Of a stretch of DNA of 64,000 nt, positions 29,081 to 39,648 are shown piece by piece; the stretch's first letter is position 1, and each line of letters opens with the position of its first letter. The notes under the pieces were generated by a model. That model searched no databases. It was not told the origin of the DNA and saw only the letters and a program-made list of their open reading frames with translations. The position numbers and the translations under genes are program-made. Source of the DNA: Leptolyngbyaceae cyanobacterium (GTDB lineage: Bacteria; Cyanobacteriota; Cyanobacteriia; Phormidesmidales; Phormidesmidaceae); the NCBI GenBank assembly GCA_965263355.1, contig CBDHHL010000032.1, forward strand, positions 544,001 to 608,000, read 5' to 3'.

Positions 29081-30718
29081 CTAATCTGTAAAACTCCGAT
29101 CCATTGCCCCAACAGCAACCGTCTCCCCCAACAAACTCTCCAATGCTAACGACTGCGCCATTGGCATCTGCCCATAGCTAAACACCCAGGGCACATCATC
29201 CGTTAGTAACAACTTTTCTAACAAATAGGGACTGCCGTAAACAACCACTGCCTGCAAGTCCCCTGCCAGCATGTCCAAATACTTTCGTGCCATCTGCACT
29301 ACAGGCTCACCTCGCCGAAATGGATTATCTCGCACAAATAGCTGCACCAGTGTCGGCAACCCTGTCTTTGGTAACTGCGACGACCGACTATCCAACAGTG
29401 TTAACTCATAACCCCACCCCATGGGTTCAGTAATCGCCGGAGCCGTCCTCGGCAAAAAGTGCCCCGAGCTCAAAACATCATCCACCAAAATCACAGTTTG
29501 TCCCTGTTTCTTCGGTTTAAATCCAGCCCCCTCCTGCCGACTAGACGCTCGTAAGATATTTCTTGCCAACTCTAATGTCTCAGGCTGAGCCAACTGCCGT
29601 ACATGGGTTATCGGCTCCGCAGGTTCCCAATTATGGCAGGACGGTCCCGCACTTAATGGCCCCGATACCTTATGCTTCGCCTGCCAGATCCGTTCCACCG
29701 ATGCTCGAATCTGAGCCTCATCCAAACGTCCCACCCGCACCGCTTCACAAATCGCCTGAATGCAACCTTCCACATCCGCAGGCATCATAATCACGTCTGC
29801 CCCTGCTTCTACAGCTAATACCGTTGCCTCATAGGCACCATAGGTGTTTGTAATTGCCCCCATGATCAAAGCATCGGTGACGATCAGCCCATCAAATCCC
29901 AACTCCTGCCGCAGTAGTCCCGTTAAAATCGGCTTCGACAATGTAGCCGGGTACTGCTTATCCAGAGCACTCAGGCAAATATGCGCTGTCATCACCGCAT
30001 CTACGGGTTTACCTGCTCCAGGAGAAATCGCGCCCTTAAACGGTGCTAGTTCTATCCGATCTAATCTCCCTAAATCATGGTCAATTACTGGCAGACTCAA
30101 GTGTGAATCGACAGACGTATCACCATGGCCTGGAAAATGCTTCGCTGCTGTCAGTACCGGGTATTCCTGTGCCCCGCAGATAAATGACTGGGTCAGCGCG
30201 GTAACAATCTCTGGCGTTTCCCCAAACGCCCGCACATTAATCACAGGGTTCGCCGGATTGTTGTTTATATCTACCACCGGAGCCAGCACCCAATTAAGGC
30301 CAATGGCCATTGCTTCACGGGCCGTACATTGGCCAAACTGATAGGCGTAGGTTTTTGCCAGTTTTAAATTAGTCCGGGCAATTTCTCCTAATGCCATCGG
30401 CGGTGGAAACCAGATAGCACCGCTAAAGCGTTGACCGACACCTTCTTCAATATCCGCTGAGATTAAGAGTGGGATTTCTGCCATAGCCTGGAGCGTTTGA
30501 CAGCGTAAGGCAACTTCAGCGCCACTACCGCCTAAAAGAATGACACCACCTACCCCTAGATCGGAGATATAATAAGCCATTTGGGCATTTGTAGCTTCCC
30601 AGGCAGGGTATTCAATTTCGTGATCGAATAAATGCCCGGTGGTCCGGACGACGATCATCTGGGCAACGAGCTGAGCTAGGGAAAGGCTATCGGGGTCGGG
30701 CAGGATGGGTTTTAGCAT
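29081..30718 (-). CDS. Glycoside hydrolase family 3 (beta-N-acetylhexosaminidase-like)
   Basis: ADIEEG, KHFPGHGDTSVDSH and TDALIM. Confidence 0.9.
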   Translation of the reverse strand: MLKPILPDPDSLSLAQLVAQMIVVRTTGHLFDHEIEYPAWEATNAQMAYYISDLGVGGVILLGGSGAEVALRCQTLQAMAEIPLLISADIEEGVGQRFSGAIWFPPPMALGEIARTNLKLAKTYAYQFGQCTAREAMAIGLNWVLAPVVDINNNPANPVINVRAFGETPEIVTALTQSFICGAQEYPVLTAAKHFPGHGDTSVDSHLSLPVIDHDLGRLDRIELAPFKGAISPGAGKPVDAVMTAHICLSALDKQYPATLSKPILTGLLRQELGFDGLIVTDALIMGAITNTYGAYEATVLAVEAGADVIMMPADVEGCIQAICEAVRVGRLDEAQIRASVERIWQAKHKVSGPLSAGPSCHNWEPAEPITHVRQLAQPETLELARNILRASSRQEGAGFKPKKQGQTVILVDDVLSSGHFLPRTAPAITEPMGWGYELTLLDSRSSQLPKTGLPTLVQLFVRDNPFRRGEPVVQMARKYLDMLAGDLQAVVVYGSPYLLEKLLLTDDVPWVFSYGQMPMAQSLALESLLGETVAVGAMDRSFTD

Positions 30719-30761
30719 TTAGGAAGCTGCTTAGGATAAGGCAATGGGGCGAACGTTATCC

Positions 30762-30869
30762 AGGCCCCCAACCCCCAAGTTTTGAGACTTCAGAGATTAC
30801 TTCCTTGCAGAATACATTGAAGAATAAAAAATCAAAGTCCCCCAAACTTAGAGGATTTAAGGGGGCCTG
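30762..30869. repeat. Degenerate palindromic REP/MITE-like element
   Basis: CAGGCCCCC...GGGGGCCTG ends with internal CCCCCAA motifs. A related remnant lies near 5414-5480. Confidence 0.45.
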
Positions 30870-30895
30870 CAAGATATCTGCAAGAAACCTATACC

Positions 30896-31318
30896 CTATA
30901 CTCCATCTTCATCTTCAACAGCGCTAGGCACTACGATAGGAATGCCATCTTCATCTACGTTGTGGCGCTCATGCTGTAACTGGCTGAGCAGATTCAGGAC
31001 CTCAGTTCCTTTTTCAAACGAGACATCCTCTTTGAAAATAATTTCTGGCGTTCGTCTTAAGCGCATACGTCGGCCCAGCTCACCCCGTACATAGGACGTC
31101 GCTGCGGCCAACCCGGCCATGGTTTCTGCCTTGGCATCGTCAGTGCCATAAATACTGACAAACACCTTGGCATGCTGCAGGTCACCGGACACATCTACAG
31201 CGGTAACGCTAACCATGCCTGCTCCGACTCGGTCATCCTTAATATCTGACACGAGCATCTGACTAATTTCGCGCTTAATTGACGCCGATACTTTTGCCAC
31301 TCGACGACTGGTTGCCAT
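30896..31318 (-). CDS. rbfA: Ribosome-binding factor A
   Basis: [20 protein letters not shown] and LRRTPE. Confidence 0.95.
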   Translation of the reverse strand: MATSRRVAKVSASIKREISQMLVSDIKDDRVGAGMVSVTAVDVSGDLQHAKVFVSIYGTDDAKAETMAGLAAATSYVRGELGRRMRLRRTPEIIFKEDVSFEKGTEVLNLLSQLQHERHNVDEDGIPIVVPSAVEDEDGV

Positions 31319-31393
31319 GGCTTGCTCCTATCTATAAATGGTTGGCGGGAAATGATTGGCGGGGAATGGTTGGCAGTGCCCACCCTACGACTC

Positions 31394-31591
31394 CTACGAC
31401 AAGCCCAGCATGGCACGTAGGGTAAATGTTAAACATATAAAACCGGCTATCACAGCCCCTATCAGAGCAATGGCTGTAACGCGATTTTCAAACAGCGGCA
31501 ATAGGGGCTTAATCGCGCTGTAAAAGACACCGAGGGTAAATGTAATCAGGTAGCGCGGATAGCGGGATACGTTGGAAAAAAAGTCTTGCAT
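31394..31591 (-). CDS. DUF751 family protein
   Basis: FFSNVSRYPRYLIT...TLRAMLG, upstream of rbfA. Confidence 0.9.
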   Translation of the reverse strand: MQDFFSNVSRYPRYLITFTLGVFYSAIKPLLPLFENRVTAIALIGAVIAGFICLTFTLRAMLGLS

Positions 31592-31678
31592 CGTCTAAAT
31601 TTGGGCTGAAGCAGCCTCTGGTTTAAGCGGACTTATGACCTAAGTTAGGTAAGGTCCTAAATCACGTTCAGGTTAAAG

Positions 31679-31708
31679 CCTTGAGTTTTAACCCCTTGAG
31701 TTTTAACC
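31679..31708. repeat. 15-bp tandem duplication
   Basis: CCTTGAGTTTTAACC x2, flanked by inverted CACGTTCAG/CTGAACGTG. Confidence 0.8.
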
Positions 31709-31797
31709 GATGAGACCCTAAAGTGCTGAACGTGAACACTGCTATCTATACTACCGTAGGCACTCGATTCTCCTGAGAGGAAGATCCTTAAGAGTTT

Positions 31798-32640
31798 ATG
31801 GTCCAATTGTCTTCACTAGATATAGAACTGCGGCCATTTTTGAAATGGGCTGGAGGCAAACGGCAATTGGTGCCTGAGTTATTGAAATATGTGCCGGATA
31901 CCTATGGTCAATACTATGAACCGTTTATCGGTGGTGGGGCATTGCTGCTGACGCTGCAGCCTGGGATAGCGATGATTAGCGATCGCAACCCAGAACTGAT
32001 CAACTGCTACCAAGTAGTCAAAGACTCCGTCGACGACCTAATCCACAACCTACAAAAGCATCGCAACGAAAAAGACTACTTTTACGAAGTCCGCAGCTGG
32101 GACCGTCAAACTGAATTTGCGACCAAAACCCCTGCTCAGCGGGCGGCACGCATCATTTTTCTGAATAAAACCTGCTATAACGGCCTCTTTCGTGTCAATT
32201 CCAAGGGGCAATTCAATGCCCCCTTTGGTCGCTATAAAAACCCTACTATTGCCGATAAAGCCGTTTTACGTAACGTCAGCGCCTACCTAAATCATGCCGA
32301 TGTTACTATCCGGCAAGCAGACTTTGCCATAGCCGTTGCCGAGGCAAACCAGAACGATTTTGTGTATTTTGATCCGCCCTACGATCCAGTGTCAACCACG
32401 GCATCATTTACCGGATATGATCGCCAAGGGTTTGATCGCACTGAGCAGCAGCGATTAAAAAACGTATTCGATCAGCTAACAACACGTGGCTGCAAAGTGC
32501 TACTGAGCAATGCCTATACAGACTTTATTCGGGCCCTTTATCAAGACTATCGCTGTGTACGCGTTAGCGCTACGCGGGCGATTAACTCAAACGCCACCAA
32601 ACGGGGCAAAGTGGATGAGATTTTAGTGATGAATTATTAA
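31798..32640 (+). CDS. dam: Dam/DpnM-type N6-adenine DNA methyltransferase (solitary)
   Basis: LKWAGGK, EPFIGGG, YNGLFRVN and DPPY. Confidence 0.9.
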   Translation: MVQLSSLDIELRPFLKWAGGKRQLVPELLKYVPDTYGQYYEPFIGGGALLLTLQPGIAMISDRNPELINCYQVVKDSVDDLIHNLQKHRNEKDYFYEVRSWDRQTEFATKTPAQRAARIIFLNKTCYNGLFRVNSKGQFNAPFGRYKNPTIADKAVLRNVSAYLNHADVTIRQADFAIAVAEANQNDFVYFDPPYDPVSTTASFTGYDRQGFDRTEQQRLKNVFDQLTTRGCKVLLSNAYTDFIRALYQDYRCVRVSATRAINSNATKRGKVDEILVMNY

Positions 32641-32671
32641 CAACATAATGATTTGTCAGAAATAACGCGTC

Positions 32672-33397
32672 CTAGCCTTCAGGTAATGGCGGCACTAATG
32701 GCTTGACCTGAAGCAAAATTTGCGGTAGTTCGACTGACACAATCTGCCAAAGACGGGCGTAATCAATATCGTCATACTTGTGGATGATAATATTCCGCAG
32801 CGCTATCGCACCACTCCAGTCGATCTCACGATGGCTCACTTGAAAATCAACACTTAACCGATTGGCCGCTTCACCCATAATTTCCAACTGGCGCTCCACA
32901 GCACTCTGGAATAGCTCATCCCCTAATAAATCATCGTAGGTGCGGCCCACTAAAAACCGGGCAATTGCTTCCATCGCTTTTACCATGTCGAGCAAGGCAG
33001 CATGATTACGAGCGGTCTCGGTCATTACGGGGTCACCCTCTAGCAAACCTGTAAAATTTCTCTGTTCCGGCGGATAAATGACACAGTAGGTGCGCAATAT
33101 CTCCGCCCTGGTAAAGGGATTTAACAGTAACCGCTTTTGAGTTAGATCCACCTCACGTTTAACCAACTGGCTCAGTTCCCTTTGAACCTGCTCACCATTT
33201 AAGCCATCCTGCTGGTGCTCAAATACCACCAACACATCAACATCGCTATCCTCTCGAAAATCTGTCCGAATAGCAGAGCCAAATAGGCCCAGCTCCTTAA
33301 TATGCCAACGGTGACAAAATTCAAGAATGTCAGCTTCAGACATATGCAACCTGTCAACCAGCACAGACGGTAACGCTGAAATTGTGTTGGTTTTCAT
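32672..33397 (-). CDS. Fused minimal nucleotidyltransferase (MNT) - HEPN (DUF86/HepT) protein
   Basis: FGSAIRTDFREDSDVD (GSx10DxD) followed in frame by ERQLEIMGEAA...RNIIIHKY (Rx4HxY). Confidence 0.88.
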   Translation of the reverse strand: MKTNTISALPSVLVDRLHMSEADILEFCHRWHIKELGLFGSAIRTDFREDSDVDVLVVFEHQQDGLNGEQVQRELSQLVKREVDLTQKRLLLNPFTRAEILRTYCVIYPPEQRNFTGLLEGDPVMTETARNHAALLDMVKAMEAIARFLVGRTYDDLLGDELFQSAVERQLEIMGEAANRLSVDFQVSHREIDWSGAIALRNIIIHKYDDIDYARLWQIVSVELPQILLQVKPLVPPLPEG

Positions 33398-33528
33398 AGG
33401 TCACACCTTTTGTTTTGTTGACTTATTATCATCACTTTTATCGCATCTGTCGTCAGATAGAGATCGCACTATCCCTACTCCTGCTGCCAACGCTAAAATG
33501 AGCCCGACTTAATTATGAAACCGGGATC

Positions 33529-34392
33529 ATGGCCGTCTACCACTGGCAGAATTACACCTGCGCCTATGAAGTACACAATGCAGACAGTGCCGCCACACCG
33601 CTGCTCTTAATTCACCCCATCGGTGTGGGCTTAGCTGGAAAGTTTTGGCAGCCCTTGGTCGACCAGTGGCAAGGACAACCTCTATATGTGCCGGATCTGT
33701 TGGGCTGCGGAGACAGCGATTTACCCCGTCGACCCTACAGTCCCCGCGACTGGGCTGAACAACTTGATTACTTTATTACCGACGTTATTCAGCGTCCGGT
33801 CATCCTTGTGGTGCAGGGAGCACTACTGCCGGTTGCCTTAGAACTGATGGCCGATAAAACCATGGCTCACTCTGTTGTGGGGGCAGCCCTGTCCGGTCCA
33901 CCCGCCTGGCGCTTGATTACCGAACCAACTGCACGCTGGCGTCAGCAGCTGAACTGGTCACTCTTTCAATCGCCCTTTGGCTGGGGATTTTATCAATATG
34001 CCCGCACCCAGAAATTTTTAAAGTCATTTTCTGAACGCCAGCTGTTTGACCAGGCCGCGGATGTCACCGATGACTGGTTAACCATGCTCAAGGATGGCTC
34101 ACGGGATATGGGCACACGTTATGCCGTGTTTTCGTTTTTAGCCGGGTTTTGGCGACAGGATTATGGCTCTGCGATCGCAGCTATCCAACAGCCCATCCTC
34201 GTGATTATGGGCAAAACCGCATCTACTATCGACCGCACAGCCCAGGACACCACGGCTCAACAGCGTCTGGACGACTACACCCAACATTTTCCCAATGCCC
34301 ATGGCGTCTTTATGACGGGTCGCAATGTGCTGCCCTATGAATCAACTGCTGAATTTATTCAAGTCCTGATGCCCTTTGTAAACAACCTGTAG
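33529..34392 (+). CDS. Alpha/beta hydrolase fold protein
   Basis: LLIHPIGVG, PDLLGCGDS and GRNVLPYE. Confidence 0.8.
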   Translation: MAVYHWQNYTCAYEVHNADSAATPLLLIHPIGVGLAGKFWQPLVDQWQGQPLYVPDLLGCGDSDLPRRPYSPRDWAEQLDYFITDVIQRPVILVVQGALLPVALELMADKTMAHSVVGAALSGPPAWRLITEPTARWRQQLNWSLFQSPFGWGFYQYARTQKFLKSFSERQLFDQAADVTDDWLTMLKDGSRDMGTRYAVFSFLAGFWRQDYGSAIAAIQQPILVIMGKTASTIDRTAQDTTAQQRLDDYTQHFPNAHGVFMTGRNVLPYESTAEFIQVLMPFVNNL

Positions 34393-34401
34393 GGTAGGAG
34401 C

Positions 34402-36612
34402 TTAAGGGGTACCAAATTCAACCCCTCCTGCCTCCCCTTCGCCCGTCTCCTGTCCAGACTCATTGGAGGTTTCGCCAGAGGTTTCACCTTCAGCAGGCGT
34501 ATTAGTCTCGTTATTATCAGATGCATCATCAGATGCACCATCGGTTGGGGGCTCCTCCGTTGGCGCTTCACCATCAGGCGTTGTGCCATCGTTGGTGGGC
34601 GTCGTGTCAGAGTTATTGTCCTCCGGTGGTTCGGGCGGTGTGGTGCGAATATTATCGACAGCAACATTCAGGGCATAGTTGATGGGATTGGGGGAGATGG
34701 ATGCGATCGCAACTTCGTAATATCCACTCTGCGCTAAGCGTCCCGACCAGGTAGTCTCAGAAGAATCAGAGAGTAAAAACGGCAGCTTTTGCGTCGGTTC
34801 TGGCAAGTAAAGAGACATTAGCGTGCTATTTTCAGGGGCACGCAGATTGATCCGCAAATTTTGACCTTCCTGAAGATCAAGAACAAACACCCGTCCTTCC
34901 CCCACGCCCAACTGACCGGTCAAACGCTGGCTAAAGCTACCTGGTTCAAACTGAACCCGTTCAAGCGTTTTACCAGACTTCAAATCATCTAGGCTGTCCT
35001 GCGCCAGGGCGTACCATACCTGACCAATGGGCTGATCTAAAATCGCCTCCCGAGGCTCTTGCGGAAAAATAGCCGCAAATTTAGCATCAGCCAAGTCATC
35101 AAGGGCACGGCCACTCACATTCAATTGATTCACAGTGCGACGCCAGCTTTCATGATCATCAGCCCCATAGGCCCCCAGTCCTCGTCTGGCTGGCATACTC
35201 AGATGCAGCTCTAACAAGTCCAAGGCATCCATCGCCAAATTATCCCAACGTAAACGCAACGGAGCATCGTCTACAGCCGTGGTTAAAGGACGTCCTCGTA
35301 AATTGGGATATTGCTGATAAAAACGCTGATTAATCCAAAGATTTAACCAAGCATCGTTAACGCCTAACGCCTGACGACGCTGTAATAATTCCTCCTTACG
35401 CGCAAGTTCATCTGGGGTCAGCTGATTGGGCACCCCCTGATCAATGGAATCGGGGTCTGAAGCCCGTTGACCAAACGGCCAACGAGGTCGAAACCCAAAA
35501 CCAGCTAAAAAGACCAGGATTAGACTCGTAATCCCTAACAATGCCAACAAACCAATGACAGCCTGTATAAAGCCTGAACGGCCCCCCACTTGCTTGGTTG
35601 GACTTACAGACGTAGGTGCATCTACAGTGGTTGCAGCAGCGGAAGAAACTACCTGAGTTGCCTCCGTCGGATACACTTCAGCCTCGCTAACACCGTCCAA
35701 CGTGCCATTGTCATCAACTACCGGTAACGACATATTGTCAGCCAACTCATTAGCTCCAGATAAGTCCCCAGCGTCATCTCCCTGCAGAGCTTGCATTACC
35801 TCGACAGCCGATGCATAGCGCTGAGCTGGCAATGGTGCCAACATTTTTTTAAGCACCTGATTTAAAGGCTCACCTAAACTAATAAAGCGCTCCCAATTCC
35901 AGACACCTTCGTAAATATCAAAGATCTCCTGAGGTTCCTTACCCGTAGCCAACACCACCAGCGTTGCGGCTAACCCATATAAATCACTGGTGGCATCCAC
36001 AGACCCTGACTGAAACTGCTCTGGAGGTACATAACCAGCTTTACCAATACGGGTCTGATGCACTTCAGCAGCCAGTTCTTGCTCAACCGTTGCCGCAATT
36101 TGTTTGACACTGCCAAAATCAATCAGTACTGGCAGCCCATCACTAGACCGCAAAATCAGGTTTTCGGGTGAAATGTCACGATGGATAATATCTAAGCTAT
36201 GAATATAGTCCAGGACCGGCAGTAGCTGATATAGCAGCTGAGTGATTTCTGTCTCACTGAAATGGCCGCCATGGGCTTGACGACCTTGTAACAAGCTCCG
36301 GTAAGTCTGGCCCGCCACATAATCTTGGACCAGAAAAAGCTGTCCCCCTTCCCGCATCAACTCACGAAATTTAGGGATTTGGGGATGCTGCAACTGATAA
36401 AGCACTTTAGCTTCCCGCTCAAACAGCTCCTGAGCCTTAGCCAATAAGCCTGGGTCATCAATTTGAGGCACAAATTCTTTGAGCACGCAGGCTTCCTTAA
36501 ACCGATGTAAGTCTTCGGCCAAATAAGTACGACCAAACCCGCCTTCTCCCAGTTCTCGCTGTACGTTATAACGTGCGCCCAACGGGGTGCCCGTCTCCCA
36601 GGGTGTGCTCAT
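34402..36612 (-). CDS. Membrane Ser/Thr protein kinase
   Basis: LGEGGFG, VLK, HRDISPEN and DFG, then a TM helix and extracellular domain. Confidence 0.93.
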   Translation of the reverse strand: MSTPWETGTPLGARYNVQRELGEGGFGRTYLAEDLHRFKEACVLKEFVPQIDDPGLLAKAQELFEREAKVLYQLQHPQIPKFRELMREGGQLFLVQDYVAGQTYRSLLQGRQAHGGHFSETEITQLLYQLLPVLDYIHSLDIIHRDISPENLILRSSDGLPVLIDFGSVKQIAATVEQELAAEVHQTRIGKAGYVPPEQFQSGSVDATSDLYGLAATLVVLATGKEPQEIFDIYEGVWNWERFISLGEPLNQVLKKMLAPLPAQRYASAVEVMQALQGDDAGDLSGANELADNMSLPVVDDNGTLDGVSEAEVYPTEATQVVSSAAATTVDAPTSVSPTKQVGGRSGFIQAVIGLLALLGITSLILVFLAGFGFRPRWPFGQRASDPDSIDQGVPNQLTPDELARKEELLQRRQALGVNDAWLNLWINQRFYQQYPNLRGRPLTTAVDDAPLRLRWDNLAMDALDLLELHLSMPARRGLGAYGADDHESWRRTVNQLNVSGRALDDLADAKFAAIFPQEPREAILDQPIGQVWYALAQDSLDDLKSGKTLERVQFEPGSFSQRLTGQLGVGEGRVFVLDLQEGQNLRINLRAPENSTLMSLYLPEPTQKLPFLLSDSSETTWSGRLAQSGYYEVAIASISPNPINYALNVAVDNIRTTPPEPPEDNNSDTTPTNDGTTPDGEAPTEEPPTDGASDDASDNNETNTPAEGETSGETSNESGQETGEGEAGGVEFGTP

Positions 36613-36720
36613 TGATAGGCTCCTTCACAGGTGAGTGTGCGCCCCACTAAACATCGGGACTAATTGGTCAGTTTAGTGGGTTTTCCCACAGATGCAACCA
36701 CCCTTTTCATTTTTTTTTAT

Positions 36721-36764
36721 GACCCGTTGTAGAGGCGTTCCACGGAACGCCTCTACAACGGGTC
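36721..36764. repeat. REP-like perfect palindrome
   Basis: 21-bp arms GACCCGTTGTAGAGGCGTTCC / GGAACGCCTCTACAACGGGTC with a 2-nt loop. Confidence 0.85.
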
Positions 36765-36769
36765 TAACC

Positions 36770-38062
36770 CTATTCGTTCATATTTTTATAGGTGGCAACG
36801 GCGGACGGCGATATGCGATTGAGATAACGGAAAATCCAATACTTAAACACCGTGTCCAAAATTACAGGAAACGTAGCGATGAAGAGGAAAATAAAATCAC
36901 GGTTGGCCGGAAATCCCAAGTGGCGAGACAGACCTTCCAATAAAATTTCCCAACCATGGGGTGAGTGAAACCCTACAAATATGTCGGTAAACAGAATAAT
37001 GATAAACGCCTTGGCACTATCGCTTAAACCATAGACAATCTCGTCGATAAATGCTTTGAGCGTAGCCACCTGACGCTTACAGGCGCTTAACAAAAGGGAA
37101 AAGGCCAAGACAGCAAACATATCGGCGAATACATTTTTGACTGAGTCCGCACTGCGTTCGCGATACTCCTGTTCAATATCTAAGGCTTTATCCAACACCC
37201 GTTCTTCTAATTGGGTTTCATTCAGGGCAGCCACTTTACCCAAAATCACCTCAAACCGTAAACGTTCTTCAAACTGTTGCAGCTCATGCAGAGCTTCTTC
37301 TTCCATTTCATCGTTGAGAAAGACTTCTGCATCAGTGGTCTCACGCACATAGTCCACCACTGGACCGACGACAAAGTGCTTGGTTAACTGCTGGGTCAAT
37401 AGCGGCACAATCACCAGTAGCAAAATAAAGCGTAGGGCAATTTTTGTCTTACCCTGGGATTTTCGAAAGCTGCGCATTACATCGGCTTCGGCCTTTGGAT
37501 CCAGATCCTGCTTAACTCGATCCACCGTGCGCAAAATCGAACGGGGTAATACACTACTACGGGCCGCTAACCCCGCCCGGCTTTTATCGGTTTTGCTAGC
37601 ACCATTTTTAGAACTGGTCTGGGCAGCGTTAAGCTCACTAGGCGTTTCTAACGCTGTGCTCGACTGGGATAGATTGTCGTAGCGCCCTAAAATTTCGTCA
37701 ATAAACCGTAGTTTTTTAAAGATGATGGCAGATTGATCGATCAGATCAAGGGTGTATTCATCCTGCTGATCGTCGTAGGAGCGCACTTCCATTTGCTGTC
37801 CCTGGGACAGGCTTGAGCGGGCTGCTTCAAACACCTCCATCCGCTGCTTAATCAAGAGAATGTTGCGCTCAACCTCACCCTGAATATAGCGATACGCACT
37901 GCTACCATAGTCGCCATTCTCTGGGGTAATCGGCTTACCATCAAAATAGTCGTCTTCTATTTTTTTGATGCCTAAGGCAGCTTCGTAGGCTTGGTCAAGG
38001 GATTGGTCAGGGGATTTAAAGAGCCACTGCCCTGCGTTGCGGAAAAATGCCCGAAGCTGCAT
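36770..38062 (-). CDS. pxcA: Proton extrusion protein PxcA (CemA family)
   Basis: LSDSAKAFIIILFTDIFVGFHSPHGWE and FPVILDTVFKYWIF. Confidence 0.95.
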   Translation of the reverse strand: MQLRAFFRNAGQWLFKSPDQSLDQAYEAALGIKKIEDDYFDGKPITPENGDYGSSAYRYIQGEVERNILLIKQRMEVFEAARSSLSQGQQMEVRSYDDQQDEYTLDLIDQSAIIFKKLRFIDEILGRYDNLSQSSTALETPSELNAAQTSSKNGASKTDKSRAGLAARSSVLPRSILRTVDRVKQDLDPKAEADVMRSFRKSQGKTKIALRFILLLVIVPLLTQQLTKHFVVGPVVDYVRETTDAEVFLNDEMEEEALHELQQFEERLRFEVILGKVAALNETQLEERVLDKALDIEQEYRERSADSVKNVFADMFAVLAFSLLLSACKRQVATLKAFIDEIVYGLSDSAKAFIIILFTDIFVGFHSPHGWEILLEGLSRHLGFPANRDFIFLFIATFPVILDTVFKYWIFRYLNRISPSAVATYKNMNE

Positions 38063-38133
38063 GGAAATATGTAGGTACTCTGGAATGCCAGAACCATAGT
38101 ATCAATTCCACGAGAGTACCATTAGAAATTCAG

Positions 38134-39582
38134 TCACTTGGCATAGCCTGAGACAGCACCCTCATTCGGTCGCTTAGTAATGTCAGGTGCAGTATCAGGG
38201 GAGAAAATACGCCAGGATTGATCGAGTCGGGTAACCTGCCCCAAGGGAACAAGTGCCTGAATTAACGGACCATTGGTCAATTGACGCATGAATATTGCAA
38301 CCGCTTGCTGACTATTGACAACTACATCGTAGGCGGCAATACTTCGCAAATTCAATAGGGTAATTAGTAGCAGAGCCATCAGGGTTGTCAGACTCAAAAA
38401 ACTAGTGTGGCGAATGTTAAAGGACTGGTATTTGAAGGGTTTAGTAAAATTACCTGCAAACCGACGATTATTGGCAATGGTTTCATAGATGCGGGTACCT
38501 ATGGCCATCAGAGGAGGCCATCGCAATACCTTTGCCAAAGGCCACAACACGGGCGAAAGACTAACAACATAGGCAATGCCATGCCATTTGTAATGGTGGT
38601 TTCCTTGCCAGTCCACAATCACCCACGAATTCTGGGTTTCCATGGCAGTCTGAATGACCGGATCACTCTGGGCGATTTGCAAAGGAACTCGTCTGGGTAA
38701 GACTAAGAATGTCCGCAACAGGTGAACAACTTTTTTGCAAAAGCCGCACTCAGCATCGTAATAGATTTTTAACCCCAGCTGCTTGGATGTGAACACCCGC
38801 TCAGTCCTGCTATCCCACCAGGATGACGGGATAAACGCTAGCCAGGTAAAACAACCGATTAGCGGCAGTAGCCCTAGCTGTGAGGTGAACGCACTGATAA
38901 GGTGAAAACTGATCAGGACCACCACGGCCAACAGTCTGCAAATGTCGGTCTTAATCGGACTCCACAATAAAAGTGGACCGACCCAGGCTAACGCTATGGC
39001 AACCCCTAACCCGTTATTCTCACCGTTGAGCATGGGAAATAATGCAGACGCTATATAGATGTAGCACTGCTGGGCCATCAGCCCCAAGGTAGCACCAGTA
39101 AAAATTCGTTTTGGCTGAGGTGTAGGGGACATATTGAGCGCCTGGTCCACTGAGTAGCTACTGCCCAAGGGCAAAAACATAGCCCAAAACACCATAGCCC
39201 GCAGCACATCGTCAACGGCAGAAAGCACTAAGGGATTGCGGTTATGCAATGAGACCAGCATTATCCAGGCGACTATCGTGGCCCAACGGGTCCGATAGCC
39301 AATCAGCATGAGTAAGGCGCTGAGGGTCGCGATCGCAAAGCACACGACCTGCCACCCGACCGAACCACTCAACGCATGAATTGACCAGTACCCCGGCAAC
39401 CACAGCTCCCTTAGCAAGCTACGGGGCACAGTCCCTTGATCGCTGTAGTACGCCGACAAATTTCCCAGACGCCCCCCCAGATCGCAAAGAATCACTAGGG
39501 CCAGACCAAGACGCAACAGGGCCAATGAGCGCAGATCGAGACTATAACGACGTTCGAACGGTTTTAACCAGGAAACCAACAT
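38134..39582 (-). CDS. HTTM-like membrane protein with DCC (DUF393) domain
   Basis: DLRSLALLR, SLHNRNP and YYDAECGFC. The ATG at 39627 lies inside a palindrome, so 39582 is preferred. Confidence 0.8.
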   Translation of the reverse strand: MLVSWLKPFERRYSLDLRSLALLRLGLALVILCDLGGRLGNLSAYYSDQGTVPRSLLRELWLPGYWSIHALSGSVGWQVVCFAIATLSALLMLIGYRTRWATIVAWIMLVSLHNRNPLVLSAVDDVLRAMVFWAMFLPLGSSYSVDQALNMSPTPQPKRIFTGATLGLMAQQCYIYIASALFPMLNGENNGLGVAIALAWVGPLLLWSPIKTDICRLLAVVVLISFHLISAFTSQLGLLPLIGCFTWLAFIPSSWWDSRTERVFTSKQLGLKIYYDAECGFCKKVVHLLRTFLVLPRRVPLQIAQSDPVIQTAMETQNSWVIVDWQGNHHYKWHGIAYVVSLSPVLWPLAKVLRWPPLMAIGTRIYETIANNRRFAGNFTKPFKYQSFNIRHTSFLSLTTLMALLLITLLNLRSIAAYDVVVNSQQAVAIFMRQLTNGPLIQALVPLGQVTRLDQSWRIFSPDTAPDITKRPNEGAVSGYAK

Positions 39583-39604
39583 AACAAACAGATAAGAAAT
39601 GGAC

Positions 39605-39640
39605 CCTTGTAGGGGCGTTGCATGCAACGCCCCTACAAGG
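39605..39640. repeat. REP-like perfect 36-bp palindrome
   Basis: CCTTGTAGGGGCGTTGCATGCAACGCCCCTACAAGG. A related copy lies at ~44798-44823. Confidence 0.85.
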
Positions 39641-39648
39641 TGGGCAGG

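Noticed and set aside
31798..32640. Complete restriction-modification system
   Set aside because: No adjacent endonuclease; solitary GATC methylases are common in cyanobacteria.
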